A stretch of DNA of 64,000 nucleotides, from NCBI RefSeq assembly GCF_009914755.1, contig NC_060939.1; one strand, 5' to 3'. The notes below the pieces were generated by a model. It saw only the letters and a program-made list of their open reading frames with translations. It was not told the DNA's origin and did not search any database. The first letter of the stretch is position 1. Each line of letters opens with the position of its first letter. This stretch comes from the human T2T-CHM13v2.0 reference genome, Homo sapiens. The position numbers and the translations under genes are program-made. Below are positions 63,620 through 64,000 of this stretch, piece after piece.

Positions 63620-64000
63620 CAGCAGTCCCCAACCTTTCTGGCACCAGGGACCAGTTTCGTGGAAGACAATTTTTCCACAGCCCAGGGTTGGGGAGATGGT
63701 TTTGGGATGATTCAAGTGCATTACATTTATTGTGCACTTGATTTCTATTATTATTACATTGTCATATATAATGAAATAATTATACAACTCACCATAATGT
63801 AGAATCAATGGGAGCTTTGAGCTTTTTTTCCTGCAACTAGATTGTCCCATCTGGGGATGATGGGAGACAGTCACAGATCATCAGGCATTAGATTCTCATA
63901 AGGAGAGTGCAACCTAGATCCCTCACATGCGCAGTTCACAATAGGGTTCTCGCTCCTATGAAAATCTAAAGGCTCCACTGATCTTATGGGGGCGGAGCTC
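63620..64000 (+). mobile_element. MER1A-like hAT-Charlie element (runs off the window)
   Basis: cagcagtccccaacctttctggcaccagggaccagtttcgtggaagacaatttttccac..aggcattagattctcataagga..caacctagatccctc. Confidence 0.9.

Overview
Primate (very probably human) euchromatic non-coding DNA. It is GC-rich, CpG-depleted and dense in MIR and L2 relics. It also carries about 14 Alu/monomer copies, several old L1 fragments (L1MB, L1ME, HAL1), two MaLR solo LTRs (THE1D-like, MLT1C-like), hAT-Charlie relics (MER5A, MER102-like, MER1A-like) and a probable L4/RTE-X relic. I recognise no protein-coding exon, RNA gene, CRISPR array or prokaryotic element. The supplied ORFs come from Alu/L1/L2, from microsatellites, or are chance ORFs in GC-rich DNA. 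Between the repeats lie about 15 AT-rich, non-repetitive islands with clustered homeodomain, PBX-HOX, FOX, SOX, POU, MEF2 or E-box motifs. This pattern suggests a large intron or gene desert beside a developmental regulator, but I cannot name the locus from sequence alone. I found no support for a new self-contained biological system. The best leads are a 17-unit uninterrupted GGAA microsatellite beside an E-box-rich island, a possibly exapted amniote-age SINE tail with an octamer and TAAT palindromes, a possible 84-nt intron beside MEF2 sites, and several nested or re-targeted insertions. Repeat subfamily names come from recalled consensus sequences and old-repeat boundaries are approximate; both need RepeatMasker/Dfam confirmation.
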